DNA from: Anaerolineales bacterium
GTDB taxonomy: Bacteria > Chloroflexota > Anaerolineae > Anaerolineales > UBA4823
Reading direction: 5' to 3'
Length of the DNA stretch: 64,000 nt
Assembly: GCA_035341015.1 (NCBI GenBank)
Contig: DAOQUL010000002.1
Coordinates: 43,360 to 107,359 of the forward strand
In this document: positions 18,128 to 28,497 of the stretch, piece after piece
Layout of the letters: each line of letters opens with the position of its first letter
Position numbering within the stretch: the first letter of the stretch is position 1
Translations under genes and position numbers: made by a program
The notes under the pieces: model-generated
Told to the model about the DNA's origin: nothing
What the model saw: the letters and a program-made list of their open reading frames with translations, nothing else
Databases searched by the model: none

Positions 18128-21100
18128 ATGGCTGATACTATTCAAAACCCGCCATCCGGCAAACAGGACTCTTTATTCCATCGATGGATCATTCCTGGCA
18201 TTGTGCTGTTATACCAGATCCTGGGATTGGTTGCTTTTGCCGCCTATGCCGCTTTAGGCTTCCAGTTTATGCGGCAGCCCTTCTTGGGGGCTTTTGTAGA
18301 GCACACCCTCTACATCAGCAATACCGGGGCAGGCAATGCCGAATGGGAATTGGCTCAGAAAATCGATCAACACCTCGAAAGCGTCAGGACGCTCAACGCC
18401 GAGGCAGACCCGGACGAGCAAATTGACCGCTTCGGCTACCGGTTGAGAGCGCTGGATGGCGAGGAAGTCGCCGACCACTTCCAGCTAAACGAGATGCTTG
18501 CCCAACGCCAGGTTGGGGACCAGGTAAACCTGGTGGTCACCACCCCCGATGGGCAAACGATCACTCCCAGCGTCACCCTGGGCAAGTTTCCGGTGTCAGA
18601 CCAATTCAATTACTTTTACATTCCCTATGCCACCGGTATCATTTACCTGGTTGCCAGCCTGTGGGTCTTCACCCTGAGACGGCGCGATACGGCCGGGCAA
18701 GCCTTTGCGGTCTTCTCGACGTCGGCGGCCCTGGCACTGGCTGGCTTCTTGGATATGTCAGCCACCAGCCAATTGGTGATGGTATGGACGGTGGCAATGG
18801 CCTTTTTGGGCGGCACACTGTTCAGCCTGTCGATGATCTTCCCCGTAGAACACCGCCTGGCTATGCGCCTTCCTTTCATGCGCTGGATTGGCTATGTCAT
18901 TTCAGCCGGCCTGGCAATTTGGGGATTGAGCACGATTTACAATTACAACTACCCTGATGCCTATGTAATGCCTTGGAGGTTTTCGTTTATCTGGGCCGGT
19001 GTTGCCATCCTGGCCTTTGTGATGTTCACCACCGCCCGGCTGATTTCCACCTCGGTGCCGGTGGTACGTGAGCAAACCCGCCTGATCTTCTTTGGTGCGC
19101 TGCTCGCCTTTGGCCCGCTCGGCCTATTCTTTTTCATTACATCGGTTTCGCAAACGCGTTTCCAGCCCTGGCTGTTTTTAACCGTTGTGGCTTTCCCGGT
19201 GGCGGTGGCTTACGCCATCTTGCGCTACCGGAACCTCAATACCGACTACCTGTTCAGCCGTGGGATCGTATATGCCATTCTGCTGGTGCTGGTGGTGGCT
19301 GCTTATGCCCTGTTGGTAACGGGTCTGACGCTGGCCCTGGGGCAAGAAACGGTTGTCGCAAGCCCTTATCTTGCCGGGGGACTCATCTTCCTGGTGGCAT
19401 TGGCTTTCATGCCAGTGCGCCAGCGGCTGCAACATGCCATTGACCAGGCCTTTGCGCGCGGTCAATCAACTTATCGCAGCCGCCTGCAATCCTTTGGGCG
19501 TGAGCTAACTCGCAGCCTCGATTTGCCGGGCATATTGGCACTGCTGCGCCAGTATGTAGAAGACGACCTGGTGCCGGTGAACATGCACCTGTACACGCAC
19601 GACCCAATGACCGAGCACTACATCGCAGCCAGCAACGGCGGTTCTCGTTCAGATTCGACCAGCGACCTGCGCTTTTCTCCAAGCAGCGCCCTGGTCAAAA
19701 CCCTATCTCAACAGCGCAGCTCCATCTTTTTGGGCGAAAATAAATCGCTGCCGTCTACCCTGGAACCTGAACGAGCCCGCATTTCTTTGTTGGGCGCGCA
19801 ACTCTTCGTTCCATTACCCGGCCGGCAAAAACTGACTGGCTGGCTGGCCCTGGGGGCGCGCCGCTCTGGCGAGCCGTACAACAGCCGCGACCTCGAATTT
19901 CTCGAATCGCTCTGCGATCAATCTGCCCTGGCAATCGAGCGCGCCCAGGTGGTTGCCGACCTGGAACGCCGGGTGCACGCCATGAATGTGCTGACGCGCG
20001 TATCGCAGGGCATCAACGTTACGATCATGTTCGACGATATCCTGGAATTGATCTATGCCCAGACCAACCAGGTCATCCCCACCAGAGATTTTCGCATTAC
20101 CCTGCAAGATAATATCAGCGAAATACCCTACCACGTTTTCTACCTCGAAAACGACGAGCGCCTGACAGAGCGCGAAAACCAACCCATCCCAATCACCCAG
20201 GGCCTGGAACGTGAGATTCTCAAGATCCGCCGCGCTATTGTTACCGAAGATTACGAGAGTGAATGCCGGGCACGCGGCACCCTGCCGGCGGCCAAGGGCA
20301 TTTATTCGTGGGCGGGCGTGCCGCTCAACACCGGTGCTTCCACCATCGGCGTGCTCAGCCTGGGCAGCCGAGACTCAACCGTGGTCTTCACCGATGAGCA
20401 AATCAACCTGCTGCAGGCCATTGCCGACCAGGCCGCCGGCGCCATCGTCAAAGCGCGCCTGCTGCAAGAGGCCGAACGCCGCACCAAACAGCTCACTTCA
20501 CTGAACGAAGTCGCTCGCAGCCTCACTTCGACGTTGGAACTGGAGCCCCTGCTCAACCAAATCCTGAATAGCGCCGTAGAAATCCTCAACTGCGAAGCCG
20601 GCAGCTTGCTGCTGGTGGAGCAAGAGACGGGCGAGCTGGTATTCGTGGTGGCTGTTGGCCCGGTGGGCTCAGACCTGGTGGGAAAACACCTGCCCCCCGG
20701 CACGGGCCTGGTGGGCAAAGCAGTTGATTCGCGCCTGCCGCTGATTCAGAACGATGTCCGGCGCAGCAAAGAGTGGTTCGATAAATCCGATGAACAAACC
20801 GGGTTCACTACCAATGATCTTCTGGTGGTGCCCATGCAGGTCAAAGATCAAGTTTCTGGCGTCATCGAAGTGATCAACCGCAAAGACGGCCTGCCCTTCA
20901 ATTCAGACGACCAGGAATTGTTGATGGCATTTACCAGCCAGGCGGCGGTAGCGCTCGAAAATGCTCGCCTGTATACCCAAACCGACCAGACCCTCTCAGA
21001 GCGCGTGGAAGAGCTTTCGGTCATGCAGCGCATCGACCGTGAATTGAATGCCAGCCTGGATGTTGGCCGCGCCATGCACCTCACGCTCGAATGGGCCATG

Positions 21101-22237
21101 CGGCAGTCGAAAGCCGATGCCGGCCTGATTGGCATCGTAGATAAAGAGCTGAATAAGACCCGCATCACGGCATCACAAGGCTATACCAACGAGCTGAACA
21201 ACTTTAAAGATTCGCTCTTACCCGGCGATTTGCCCTCGGTCAATGAAGCCATTGCATCTGGGCAGCCCCAATGCGTACTGGTTGCAGACACAGCTTCGCT
21301 GGATGGGGCACGCCGTTCGAACATTCTGAAACGCAGCAAGAGCCAGGTCATCATCCCAATCCGCCGCGAATCAGAGGTAATTGGTGTGGTGATGCTAGAA
21401 AGCCTGGAGGCAGAAACCTGCCCCGAAGACGTCTTGGCCTTCCTCTCTCGCTTGAGCGATCACTCTGCGATCGCCATTTCCAATGCCCAACTGTTCGCGG
21501 CCGTCCAGGCTGCCAACCAGGCCAAGAGCGAGTTTGTTTCGTTTGTATCCCACGAGCTCAAGACCCCTATGACCTCCATCCGCGGCTTTTCAGACCTACT
21601 GGCGGCGGGCGTGGTTGGGCCGGTCAATGAAGCCCAGCTCAACTTCTTGGGAACCATCCGCTCGAACGTGGAACGCATGGCAACCCTGGTTTCGGACCTG
21701 GCAGATGTCAGCCGCATCGAAGCCGGACGCCTGCGCCTGGACTTTGCAGCCGTCTCGGTAGCCGAGCTGGTCGATGAAGTGGTGCGTTCTGCCCGTGCCC
21801 AGGTCGAAGATAAGCAGCAAACCCTTGAATTGCAAATCCCCGAGGACCTGGCGCCCATGTGGGGCGACCGCATGCGGCTGATCCAGGTACTCACCAACCT
21901 GGTGAACAACGCCCACAAGTACACCCCGCAAAACGGCCACATCATCGTGGCGGCTGAACAGACCAAAAACACCTGGGATCCTGAAGGTGCGCCAATTGTC
22001 ATTCACTTGTGGGTCAAAGACAACGGCCTTGGCATCAGCCTTGAGCACCAGAAGAAGATCTTCCAAAAATTCTACCGCGCTGAGGATACCAAGATCCGCG
22101 ACATCCCTGGCACCGGCCTGGGCCTGAACATCACAAAGACCCTGGTAGAGATGCAGGGTGGGCAGATTTGGTTCGAGAGCGAAGTGGATAAGGGAACAAC
22201 CTTCCACTTCACCACCCCCATCGTCGAAAGCGCGTAG
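18128..22237 (+). CDS. sensor histidine kinase: TM, PDZ-like loop, multi-TM block, 4x GAF, HisKA, HATPase
   Basis: 1369 aa. A PDZ-like segment (LRALDGEEV...VNLVVTTPDGQTI) is followed by about 8 TM helices. Four GAF-like blocks each end in ...A.A(I/L)ENA(R/Q)L(Y/F). The H-box is SHELKTPMTSIRG and the ATPase carries N, G1 and G2 boxes. Confidence 0.85.
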   Translation: MADTIQNPPSGKQDSLFHRWIIPGIVLLYQILGLVAFAAYAALGFQFMRQPFLGAFVEHTLYISNTGAGNAEWELAQKIDQHLESVRTLNAEADPDEQIDRFGYRLRALDGEEVADHFQLNEMLAQRQVGDQVNLVVTTPDGQTITPSVTLGKFPVSDQFNYFYIPYATGIIYLVASLWVFTLRRRDTAGQAFAVFSTSAALALAGFLDMSATSQLVMVWTVAMAFLGGTLFSLSMIFPVEHRLAMRLPFMRWIGYVISAGLAIWGLSTIYNYNYPDAYVMPWRFSFIWAGVAILAFVMFTTARLISTSVPVVREQTRLIFFGALLAFGPLGLFFFITSVSQTRFQPWLFLTVVAFPVAVAYAILRYRNLNTDYLFSRGIVYAILLVLVVAAYALLVTGLTLALGQETVVASPYLAGGLIFLVALAFMPVRQRLQHAIDQAFARGQSTYRSRLQSFGRELTRSLDLPGILALLRQYVEDDLVPVNMHLYTHDPMTEHYIAASNGGSRSDSTSDLRFSPSSALVKTLSQQRSSIFLGENKSLPSTLEPERARISLLGAQLFVPLPGRQKLTGWLALGARRSGEPYNSRDLEFLESLCDQSALAIERAQVVADLERRVHAMNVLTRVSQGINVTIMFDDILELIYAQTNQVIPTRDFRITLQDNISEIPYHVFYLENDERLTERENQPIPITQGLEREILKIRRAIVTEDYESECRARGTLPAAKGIYSWAGVPLNTGASTIGVLSLGSRDSTVVFTDEQINLLQAIADQAAGAIVKARLLQEAERRTKQLTSLNEVARSLTSTLELEPLLNQILNSAVEILNCEAGSLLLVEQETGELVFVVAVGPVGSDLVGKHLPPGTGLVGKAVDSRLPLIQNDVRRSKEWFDKSDEQTGFTTNDLLVVPMQVKDQVSGVIEVINRKDGLPFNSDDQELLMAFTSQAAVALENARLYTQTDQTLSERVEELSVMQRIDRELNASLDVGRAMHLTLEWAMRQSKADAGLIGIVDKELNKTRITASQGYTNELNNFKDSLLPGDLPSVNEAIASGQPQCVLVADTASLDGARRSNILKRSKSQVIIPIRRESEVIGVVMLESLEAETCPEDVLAFLSRLSDHSAIAISNAQLFAAVQAANQAKSEFVSFVSHELKTPMTSIRGFSDLLAAGVVGPVNEAQLNFLGTIRSNVERMATLVSDLADVSRIEAGRLRLDFAAVSVAELVDEVVRSARAQVEDKQQTLELQIPEDLAPMWGDRMRLIQVLTNLVNNAHKYTPQNGHIIVAAEQTKNTWDPEGAPIVIHLWVKDNGLGISLEHQKKIFQKFYRAEDTKIRDIPGTGLGLNITKTLVEMQGGQIWFESEVDKGTTFHFTTPIVESA

Positions 22238-22248
22238 AAAGGATCGTC

Positions 22249-23418
22249 ATGACTCTCACGGCAGTTGTTGGACAGGCACAGGCATTAGAGGGCCGCGAGG
22301 CGGCCGCTCAAGCTACCCACCGCGCCCTGGACCAAATCGGCCGCAACCAGGCCGTTTTTGGGATTGTCATTGCTTCGCGCTATCATGCCATCCAGCAGGT
22401 ACTGACCGGTGCATCGACACTGCTAGGCGATATCCCCCTGCTGGGCCTGAGCACCAATGCCGAGATCACCGAGGACGGGCAGTCACAGCGCTCGGTGGTG
22501 GTTGCCTTATTGGCCGGTGACGGGATCAGCGTCAAAGCAGATTGGTGGGGCGGGTTCGGCGAAGACAGCCGCGGGGTTGCACAACGCATGACACAGACCC
22601 TGCAGTTGTACCATTCCGACGGCACCCTGCTGGTGGTTGCAGACGGTTTCAATGGAGATGCCAAGCAGTTCTGCGCCGGGCTGCCTGCCGGAGAGTACAC
22701 CCTGGCCGGCTGCCTGGCAGGCGGAGCGCTTAACCAGGCCCGCACCTATCAGATCGGCGGCCGCCAATCGGGAACAAATGGCCTTGCCGCCGCATTGATC
22801 AGCGGCAAGGTGGTGACTGGCGTTGGCTATGCGCACGGGTGGCAAACGGTCGGATCTTACTATCGCGTTACCCGTTCTCAGGGCCCTTGGGTACGGATGT
22901 TAAATGAAGTCTCGGTTGCTGAAGCATATTCTCGCCTCTTTAAATACCCGGCCCGCCAGTGGGCATTTCCACCTTTGAATGAGCTGGTTCGCCTGTATCC
23001 ATTGGGCATTGAACAAAAAGCAAGCGACCCGCTCTTGGTGCGCTCGCCGCTGCGCATGGAAACAGATGGCAGCCTGCGCATGAACACGCTGATCCCCGAA
23101 GGCGCTACCGCCCACCTGCTGGTAGGCAGCATCCAGAACTGCCTGGAAGCTGCAAAACAAGCTGCCCAGGCCGCCATCGATTCGTTGAACGGCGCTCGCC
23201 CGGTTTTGGCCTTGATCTTTGCAGATATTGCCTGGCAGATGTTGTTTGAATCAAATGCCGGGCAAGAGTTACAGGTTATTCGTGAAGTTCTTGGTCCCGA
23301 CGTGCCAATCGCCGGCGGTTACACCTTTGGCCAGATTGCCCGCGTAAACAAAGAGAAAAAGAGCGCTCCCGAATTGTTGAACCAGCAGATTGAAATTGTC
23401 TTGTTTGGAGCGCCATAA
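22249..23418 (+). CDS. stand-alone FIST (FIST_N + FIST_C) sensory-domain protein
   Basis: 389 aa with a FIST-like pattern (GIVIASRYH, LLGLSTNAEI, C-terminal GGYTFGQIA). It starts 11 nt after the kinase stop and has a GAAAGGA SD. Confidence 0.65.
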   Translation: MTLTAVVGQAQALEGREAAAQATHRALDQIGRNQAVFGIVIASRYHAIQQVLTGASTLLGDIPLLGLSTNAEITEDGQSQRSVVVALLAGDGISVKADWWGGFGEDSRGVAQRMTQTLQLYHSDGTLLVVADGFNGDAKQFCAGLPAGEYTLAGCLAGGALNQARTYQIGGRQSGTNGLAAALISGKVVTGVGYAHGWQTVGSYYRVTRSQGPWVRMLNEVSVAEAYSRLFKYPARQWAFPPLNELVRLYPLGIEQKASDPLLVRSPLRMETDGSLRMNTLIPEGATAHLLVGSIQNCLEAAKQAAQAAIDSLNGARPVLALIFADIAWQMLFESNAGQELQVIREVLGPDVPIAGGYTFGQIARVNKEKKSAPELLNQQIEIVLFGAP

Positions 23419-23439
23419 TTGATGGTTGTGGTTTCCAAA

Positions 23440-23485
23440 AAAACGAGAGTGGGGCGGTGCCAATGCACCGCCCCACTCTCGTTTT
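23440..23485. terminator. strong bidirectional intrinsic terminator
   Basis: A perfect 21-bp stem, aaaacgagagtggggcggtgc (23440-23460) paired with gcaccgccccactctcgtttt (23465-23485), closes a 4-nt loop. The arms include the A and T runs. It lies between the convergent FIST and trpB2 genes. Confidence 0.85.
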
Positions 23486-23504
23486 GGGGTTTTCCCAGCC
23501 GATA

Positions 23505-24878
23505 TTATGCCGGTATAGATACTTTGGGCAGATTTTCCAACGAAGCCTGGATCGTCTCGGTGGGGTATTCGTAATCTTCCAGCTTACCGCTTAGATAGGC
23601 CTGGTACGAAGCCATATCAAAGTTGCCATGCCCCGAGAGGTTGAACAGGATGACGCGCTTTTCGCCCTTGCGCTTGGCATCCATGGCTTCATCGATTGCA
23701 GCACGGATGGCATGGGCCGACTCGGGCGCCGGAACCAGGCCCTCGGTGCGGGCAAAGCGCAGCGCCGCATCAAAGGTAGCAAGCTGTTTGACAGCCACAG
23801 CTTCGATATACCCGGCATCATACAGGGCGCAGAGCGAAGGCGCCATGCCGTGATACCTCAGACCGCCGGCGTGGATAGGAGCGGGGACAAAATCATGCCC
23901 CAGTGTATGCATCTTGATCACCGGCGCCATTTGAGCAGTATCGCCATAATCGAAGGTGTAGGTGCCCTTGGTCAGCGAGGGGGTGGCCGTGGGTTCAACG
24001 GCGAGCAGGCGCGTGCGCTGACCGTTGCGCAGGTTTTCGCGCAAGAAGGGATAGGCAATCCCGGCAAAGTTTGATCCGCCGCCGACGCAGCCGATGACAA
24101 CATCTGGGTATTCACCCGCCATATCCATCTGTTTGAGCGATTCTTCGCCAATCACCGATTGGTGCATCAAGACGTGGTTCAGCACCGACCCAAGGCTGTA
24201 CTTCTTATATCCGCCCGACATGGCGGCAACTTCAACCGCCTCAGAAATTGCCATCCCCAAAGAACCGGGGGTATCGGGCATTTCAGCCAGCACCGAACGG
24301 CCATAATTGGTCAGGTTTGTTGGGCTAGAAAACACCTGGGCACCAAAGGCTTCCATCAAAACGCGGCGGTGAGGCTTGTGATCATAGGAAACCCTGACCA
24401 TGTAAACTTCAATATCCAGGTCGAAGAAGTTGCCTGCCATCGCCAGTGCCGTCCCCCACTGCCCGGCTCCAGTCTCGGTGGTCAGTGCACGCGTGCCAGA
24501 GATCTTGTTGTAATAGGCCTGGGCAATGGCGGTATTGGGCTTATGGCTGCCTGCCGGAGAAGCCCCTTCATACTTATAATAAATATGGGCTGGGGTGCCC
24601 AATTCCTTTTCCAGGCGCACGGCGCGCACCAAAGGGGTTGGCCTCCACAGTTTGTAGATTTCACGCACTTCTTCGGGTATTTCGATGTAGCGTTCAGTGC
24701 TCATCTCTTGCATGATCAATTCCATGGGGAACAAAACCGACATGAAATCGGGCGTCACCGGCTCTAAGGTTTGTGGGTTGAGCACAGGCATATGCGGCAC
24801 CGGCGAGTCACCGTAAATGTTGTACCAGAACTTCGGCAGATCAGATTCGTTCAAAAGGAAATGAGTTTGAGTGGACAT
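23505..24878 (-). CDS. trpB: tryptophan synthase beta-like protein, long TrpB2 type
   Basis: 457 aa. The PLP-lysine motif [10 protein letters not shown] and the GGGSNFAG loop are present. It is longer than a typical TrpB1 of about 400 aa. An AAGGAGG SD precedes the ATG. No trpA or other trp genes are nearby. Confidence 0.85.
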   Translation of the reverse strand: MSTQTHFLLNESDLPKFWYNIYGDSPVPHMPVLNPQTLEPVTPDFMSVLFPMELIMQEMSTERYIEIPEEVREIYKLWRPTPLVRAVRLEKELGTPAHIYYKYEGASPAGSHKPNTAIAQAYYNKISGTRALTTETGAGQWGTALAMAGNFFDLDIEVYMVRVSYDHKPHRRVLMEAFGAQVFSSPTNLTNYGRSVLAEMPDTPGSLGMAISEAVEVAAMSGGYKKYSLGSVLNHVLMHQSVIGEESLKQMDMAGEYPDVVIGCVGGGSNFAGIAYPFLRENLRNGQRTRLLAVEPTATPSLTKGTYTFDYGDTAQMAPVIKMHTLGHDFVPAPIHAGGLRYHGMAPSLCALYDAGYIEAVAVKQLATFDAALRFARTEGLVPAPESAHAIRAAIDEAMDAKRKGEKRVILFNLSGHGNFDMASYQAYLSGKLEDYEYPTETIQASLENLPKVSIPA

Positions 24879-25244
24879 GGTAAGCCTCCTTGAAAAAGAT
24901 GATTAAACAAATACGCGTTCGCCCTCTTGGGGACGAACGCGCGCGCTCCGTGGTGCCACCCCGGTTAAGCTGCTTAACCAAAAACCCTGCCGATGATGCG
25001 ACAGGGTACAAGAAGCCAGCTTCACTCGTTACGAGTACGGGTCGAAAGACCGATACTCTTTGCCCTGGTAACGGTGGCAGCTCCGGCTCGGGTTACTCCA
25101 ACAGTGCTTTGGCACTGGTTTGACCCTGCAACTCTGAGGTCCATTCAACGCTGTCGTGCAGGCAAGGTTCTCATCATTTCCTTGCTCTCTGTACCGCCGT
25201 ACGAGCGTATACTCGTCCTCTTCATCGTCTTTGGCTATGAAGTT
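24879..25244 (-). promoter_or_regulatory. T-box leader riboswitch with Trp (UGG) specifier
   Basis: On the minus-strand RNA I read these elements in order. GA/K-turn GAUGAAGAGG (25226-25217). AGUA box GAGUAU (25214-25209). AG bulge AGAGAG (25190-25185). Specifier GAA-UGG-A with UGG at 25143-25141. GGAGUAA S-turn. F-box CCGUUA (25074-25069). Stem III GGUUAAG/CUUAACC. T-box GGGGUGGCACCACGG with the UGGC bulge at 24958-24955. A terminator follows. Confidence 0.8.
24902..24941 (-). terminator. T-box expression-platform terminator
   Basis: An 11-bp stem pairs 24941-24931 with 24924-24914 (one G-U pair). It is followed by UAUUUGUUUAAUC. Its 5' arm overlaps the predicted 3' arm of the antiterminator. 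Confidence 0.75.
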
Positions 25245-25250
25245 AGGTGA

Positions 25251-25278
25251 ATTATACGGAGAAAATTCGGTTTGTCAA
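25251..25278 (-). promoter_or_regulatory. consensus sigma70 promoter for the T-box/trpB2 unit
   Basis: On the minus strand, TTGACA (25278-25273) is followed by a 16-nt spacer and TATAAT (25256-25251). The -35 box overlaps the folA TGA stop. Confidence 0.7.
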
Positions 25279-25772
25279 GTGCCGGTACGCTGCAAAACCT
25301 GGTAAGTGCTGGGATACTCATCTTCCTCGCCAGCAGATAAGGCCTGCTCTTCAACCACGCGCCAGGCAGCAGCATCCAAATCGGGGAAGAAGGTATCGCA
25401 GTTGGCGATCGTATGCACCCGGGTCAGGTAGATGCGATCAGCCAACTTCAGGGCCTGAGAATACACCTGCCCACCGCCAATCACAAATACTTCTTCTGCA
25501 CCGGCGTCCTGGGCCAGCGCCAATGCACCATCCAGAGAGGCCGCCACCAGGCATCCTTGTGGCTGGTAATTGGCTGCCCGGCTCAAAACGATGTTGATCC
25601 GCCCGGGGAGAGCCCGGCCAATGGAAACATGCGTTTTCCGCCCCATCACCAGGTAATGCCCCATGGTCAGACGTTTGAAACGTTTTAGATCTGTCGATAA
25701 ATGCCAGGGAATGCCGCCATCGCGGCCAATCCCCCCTTGAAGATCCATGGCTACGATCAGAGAAACGATCAT
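25275..25772 (-). CDS. folA: dihydrofolate reductase
   Basis: 165 aa. Motifs [16 protein letters not shown] and LVMGRKT are present. It overlaps thyA by 4 nt. Confidence 0.9.
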   Translation of the reverse strand: MIVSLIVAMDLQGGIGRDGGIPWHLSTDLKRFKRLTMGHYLVMGRKTHVSIGRALPGRINIVLSRAANYQPQGCLVAASLDGALALAQDAGAEEVFVIGGGQVYSQALKLADRIYLTRVHTIANCDTFFPDLDAAAWRVVEEQALSAGEEDEYPSTYQVLQRTGT

Positions 25773-26563
25773 ACCGAGATCTCAGCTTTGATGTGCGGGT
25801 GAGCCTGGTAATTCAAGAGCTCAAAATGCTCGTACTGGAACTGGGAGATCGACTGTACCGAGGGGTCAATCTGCAACCGCGGCAGGGGATAAGGCTGGCG
25901 GGTCAGTTGGAGGCGCGCCTGCTGAATATGGTTCATATATAGGTGTGTATCCCCCAAGGTGTGAACAAAATCTCCCGGCTGCAAGCCGCACACATGGGCA
26001 ATCATCATGGTCAGCAGAGCATACGAGGCAATGTTGAAAGGCACGCCCAAAAACACATCGGCAGAACGCTGGTACATTTGACAGGATAACCTGTCATTGG
26101 CTACATAGAACTGGAAAATGACGTGGCAGGGAGGCAAGGCCATTTTATCAAGCTCGCCCACGTTCCAGGCATTCACGATCAGCCGCCTGGAGTGGGGGTT
26201 TTCTTTGATCTGTGTGATGACGTGAGCAATCTGGTCGATCAAATGCCCATCTGCTGCCCGCCAGGAACGCCACTGCACACCGTATACCGGACCAAGTTCA
26301 CCGTTCTCGTCTGCCCACTCGTTCCAGATGCTGACCCCGTGCTCTTGCAAATAACGAATATTGCTTTCACCGCGCAAGAACCACAGCAGCTCGTAGAGGA
26401 TCGATTTCAGGTGCAATTTTTTGGTGGTCAAGAGCGGGAAGCCCGCGCCCAAATCAAAACGCATCTGGTAGCCAAAAGTAGACAAAGTCCCCGTCCCAGT
26501 GCGATCAGGCCTCTCGATACCGTGATCGAAAATATATTGCAGCAAATCAAGGTATTGGCGCAA
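25769..26563 (-). CDS. thyA: thymidylate synthase (ThyA type)
   Basis: 264 aa. The active-site region [22 protein letters not shown] and the [16 protein letters not shown] block are present. Confidence 0.95.
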   Translation of the reverse strand: MRQYLDLLQYIFDHGIERPDRTGTGTLSTFGYQMRFDLGAGFPLLTTKKLHLKSILYELLWFLRGESNIRYLQEHGVSIWNEWADENGELGPVYGVQWRSWRAADGHLIDQIAHVITQIKENPHSRRLIVNAWNVGELDKMALPPCHVIFQFYVANDRLSCQMYQRSADVFLGVPFNIASYALLTMMIAHVCGLQPGDFVHTLGDTHLYMNHIQQARLQLTRQPYPLPRLQIDPSVQSISQFQYEHFELLNYQAHPHIKAEISV

Positions 26564-26564
26564 G

Positions 26565-27503
26565 CTACACCCCTACGCTGGCAGCCACCACAAGCCGAGT
26601 CTGCTGGATATCCTGGCAGATCTGCGCAACCAGGGCTTCCTTATCCGAAAAGCGCTGCTCACCGCGCAGATACTCTAAGAAACTTAGCTGAACGGTTTTA
26701 CCATACAGATCGCCAGAAAAATCTAACAGATGGGCCTCAATGTGAGCCTGGTTATTTTTGCCATCAAACGTAGGGCGGACACCGATATTGGTAGCCGCGG
26801 GCCACTGGCAGCCATCCACTTCGGCCAGGCAAACATAAACACCCTTTCCGGGCACCAATTTCTCACTGCCGGGATCGAGGTTGGCAGTGGGAATGTTGAT
26901 CGTGCGGCCGCGTCCATCGCCATGGATCACTTGCCCCGAAAGGCAATAGGGCCGGCCCAAGAGTTGGTTGGCCTGCCGCACCTGGCCCGCATCCAGCAGA
27001 GCCCGCACCTGGCTGGAGGAGACCACCTGGCCGACGGCCTGCACCGGCGAGACAACATGCAGTTGGTAGCCAAGCTGGTCGCCCAACTGGCGCAGTACAT
27101 CTGTATTCCCTGAGCGCGCCCGCCCCAGGGCAAAATCATGGCCGATCCATAATTGACGCAGGCCCAGGCGTTCCTTTAAAACCCGGATGAAATCGGGCGC
27201 AGAGGTAGCAGCCATTTGAGGATCAAATTCCTGGGTGATCACCACATCTACCCCCAGCTCTCCTAACAAAGCAGCCCGCTCATCAGGCAAAGTGAGGTAA
27301 AATGCCCCTTTACGCCCACGCACCACAACTGCCGGGTGTGGGTGAAAAGTTAACACAACTGCCGGAGCACCCTCAGCGTGTGCCCCGGCAACTAAACCAC
27401 GGACGATCTCTTGGTGACCAATGTGGACGCCATCGAAGGTGCCGATGGTCAACCAGGCATTTTGCAATGCCGCATCCGCAAGAGAAAGCAGATGTGCGAC
27501 CAT
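26565..27503 (-). CDS. ribF: bifunctional riboflavin kinase / FMN adenylyltransferase
   Basis: 312 aa. The N-terminal nucleotidyltransferase region ([10 protein letters not shown]) and the C-terminal kinase region ([15 protein letters not shown]) are both present. Confidence 0.9.
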   Translation of the reverse strand: MVAHLLSLADAALQNAWLTIGTFDGVHIGHQEIVRGLVAGAHAEGAPAVVLTFHPHPAVVVRGRKGAFYLTLPDERAALLGELGVDVVITQEFDPQMAATSAPDFIRVLKERLGLRQLWIGHDFALGRARSGNTDVLRQLGDQLGYQLHVVSPVQAVGQVVSSSQVRALLDAGQVRQANQLLGRPYCLSGQVIHGDGRGRTINIPTANLDPGSEKLVPGKGVYVCLAEVDGCQWPAATNIGVRPTFDGKNNQAHIEAHLLDFSGDLYGKTVQLSFLEYLRGEQRFSDKEALVAQICQDIQQTRLVVAASVGV

Positions 27504-28426
27504 TAAGACGAGAAGAATACTTTACGCGGCTGCCATTCGCTGGTGGCCTCATCCACTTCAAGCAGGGCCACCAGGTCGCCCTGCTGGCTGACGCCACGGG
27601 CCCAACCCTTGGCGCCAGGTTCGGTGGGAACGCGATGCCCGTGGCGCACAAGCTCTACCTGGTCAGCATTCAGTTCCACTATGGGCCAGTCGCCCAGGGC
27701 TTCTGCGGCAGGGATGAGATATTTATACCAATCGCCGGCATGGAAAGCCTCTTGCAGACGGCGCAGTGGCACCGCATCGCGCAAAGTGAAACGCCCGCTC
27801 TTCGTGCGGCGCAGGCCCATCAGGTGAGCGCCACAACCAAGGGCAGTCCCCAGATCGTTGGCGAGTGAACGCACGTAAGTGCCAGAAGAACAGAACACGT
27901 CAATCACGGCTTCGGGTGGGTCCCATTCCAACAGTTCCAGGCTGTAGACATTGATCATGCGCGGCTCCAGTTCAACCTCTTCGCCATCACGGGCCATCTC
28001 ATACGCCTTGCGTCCATGCACTTTGACGGCCGAATAAGGTGGAGGAACCTGCTTGATCTCACCCACAAACTGTTGCAGCACCTCTTCAAAATGCTCTTCC
28101 GTAATGCTGTCTACCGAGGCGGAAGAAGCAGACGCCGTAACCCGCCCATCGGCATCATACGTATCTGTAGCGCTGCCAAGGCTGACTGTAGCCTGGTAAC
28201 GCTTGTCAGAAGCAGAGACGTATTCGCTCAGGCGTACGGCTGGCCCCACCAGCACTACCAAAACCCCAGAGGCGCGTGGGTCGAGCGTGCCCGTATGCCC
28301 CGCCCTACGAATATCGGTTCCGCGCCGGATAATCTGCACCACATCATGCGAGGTCAGGCCAACCGGTTTATCCACCACCAACACGCCAGACACCACATTT
28401 TTGAGATGTTCCTCTTGGTCGCTCAT
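27503..28426 (-). CDS. truB: tRNA pseudouridine(55) synthase
   Basis: 307 aa. Motifs VVDKPVGLTSHDV and the catalytic-Asp motif HTGTLDP are present, with a PUA-like C-terminus. Confidence 0.9.
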   Translation of the reverse strand: MSDQEEHLKNVVSGVLVVDKPVGLTSHDVVQIIRRGTDIRRAGHTGTLDPRASGVLVVLVGPAVRLSEYVSASDKRYQATVSLGSATDTYDADGRVTASASSASVDSITEEHFEEVLQQFVGEIKQVPPPYSAVKVHGRKAYEMARDGEEVELEPRMINVYSLELLEWDPPEAVIDVFCSSGTYVRSLANDLGTALGCGAHLMGLRRTKSGRFTLRDAVPLRRLQEAFHAGDWYKYLIPAAEALGDWPIVELNADQVELVRHGHRVPTEPGAKGWARGVSQQGDLVALLEVDEATSEWQPRKVFFSS

Positions 28427-28497
28427 CGGGTTATTCCTTCTATGCTATTTTAATGTCGTATTAGCTCTTCGAAGGATCGAAGAGTCAAAATATATCA

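Noticed and set aside
25082-25086. An alternative specifier codon CGG (Arg) in the CCGGA loop of the T-box leader.
   Set aside because: That alternative came from a first-pass fold that took GAUGAGAA at about 25176 as the K-turn. Refolding from the GAUGAAGAGG/GAGUAU/AGAGAG order puts GAA-UGG-A on the canonical 3' side of the specifier loop. The UGGC bulge and the trpB2 cargo both agree with Trp. A covariance-model alignment is still needed.
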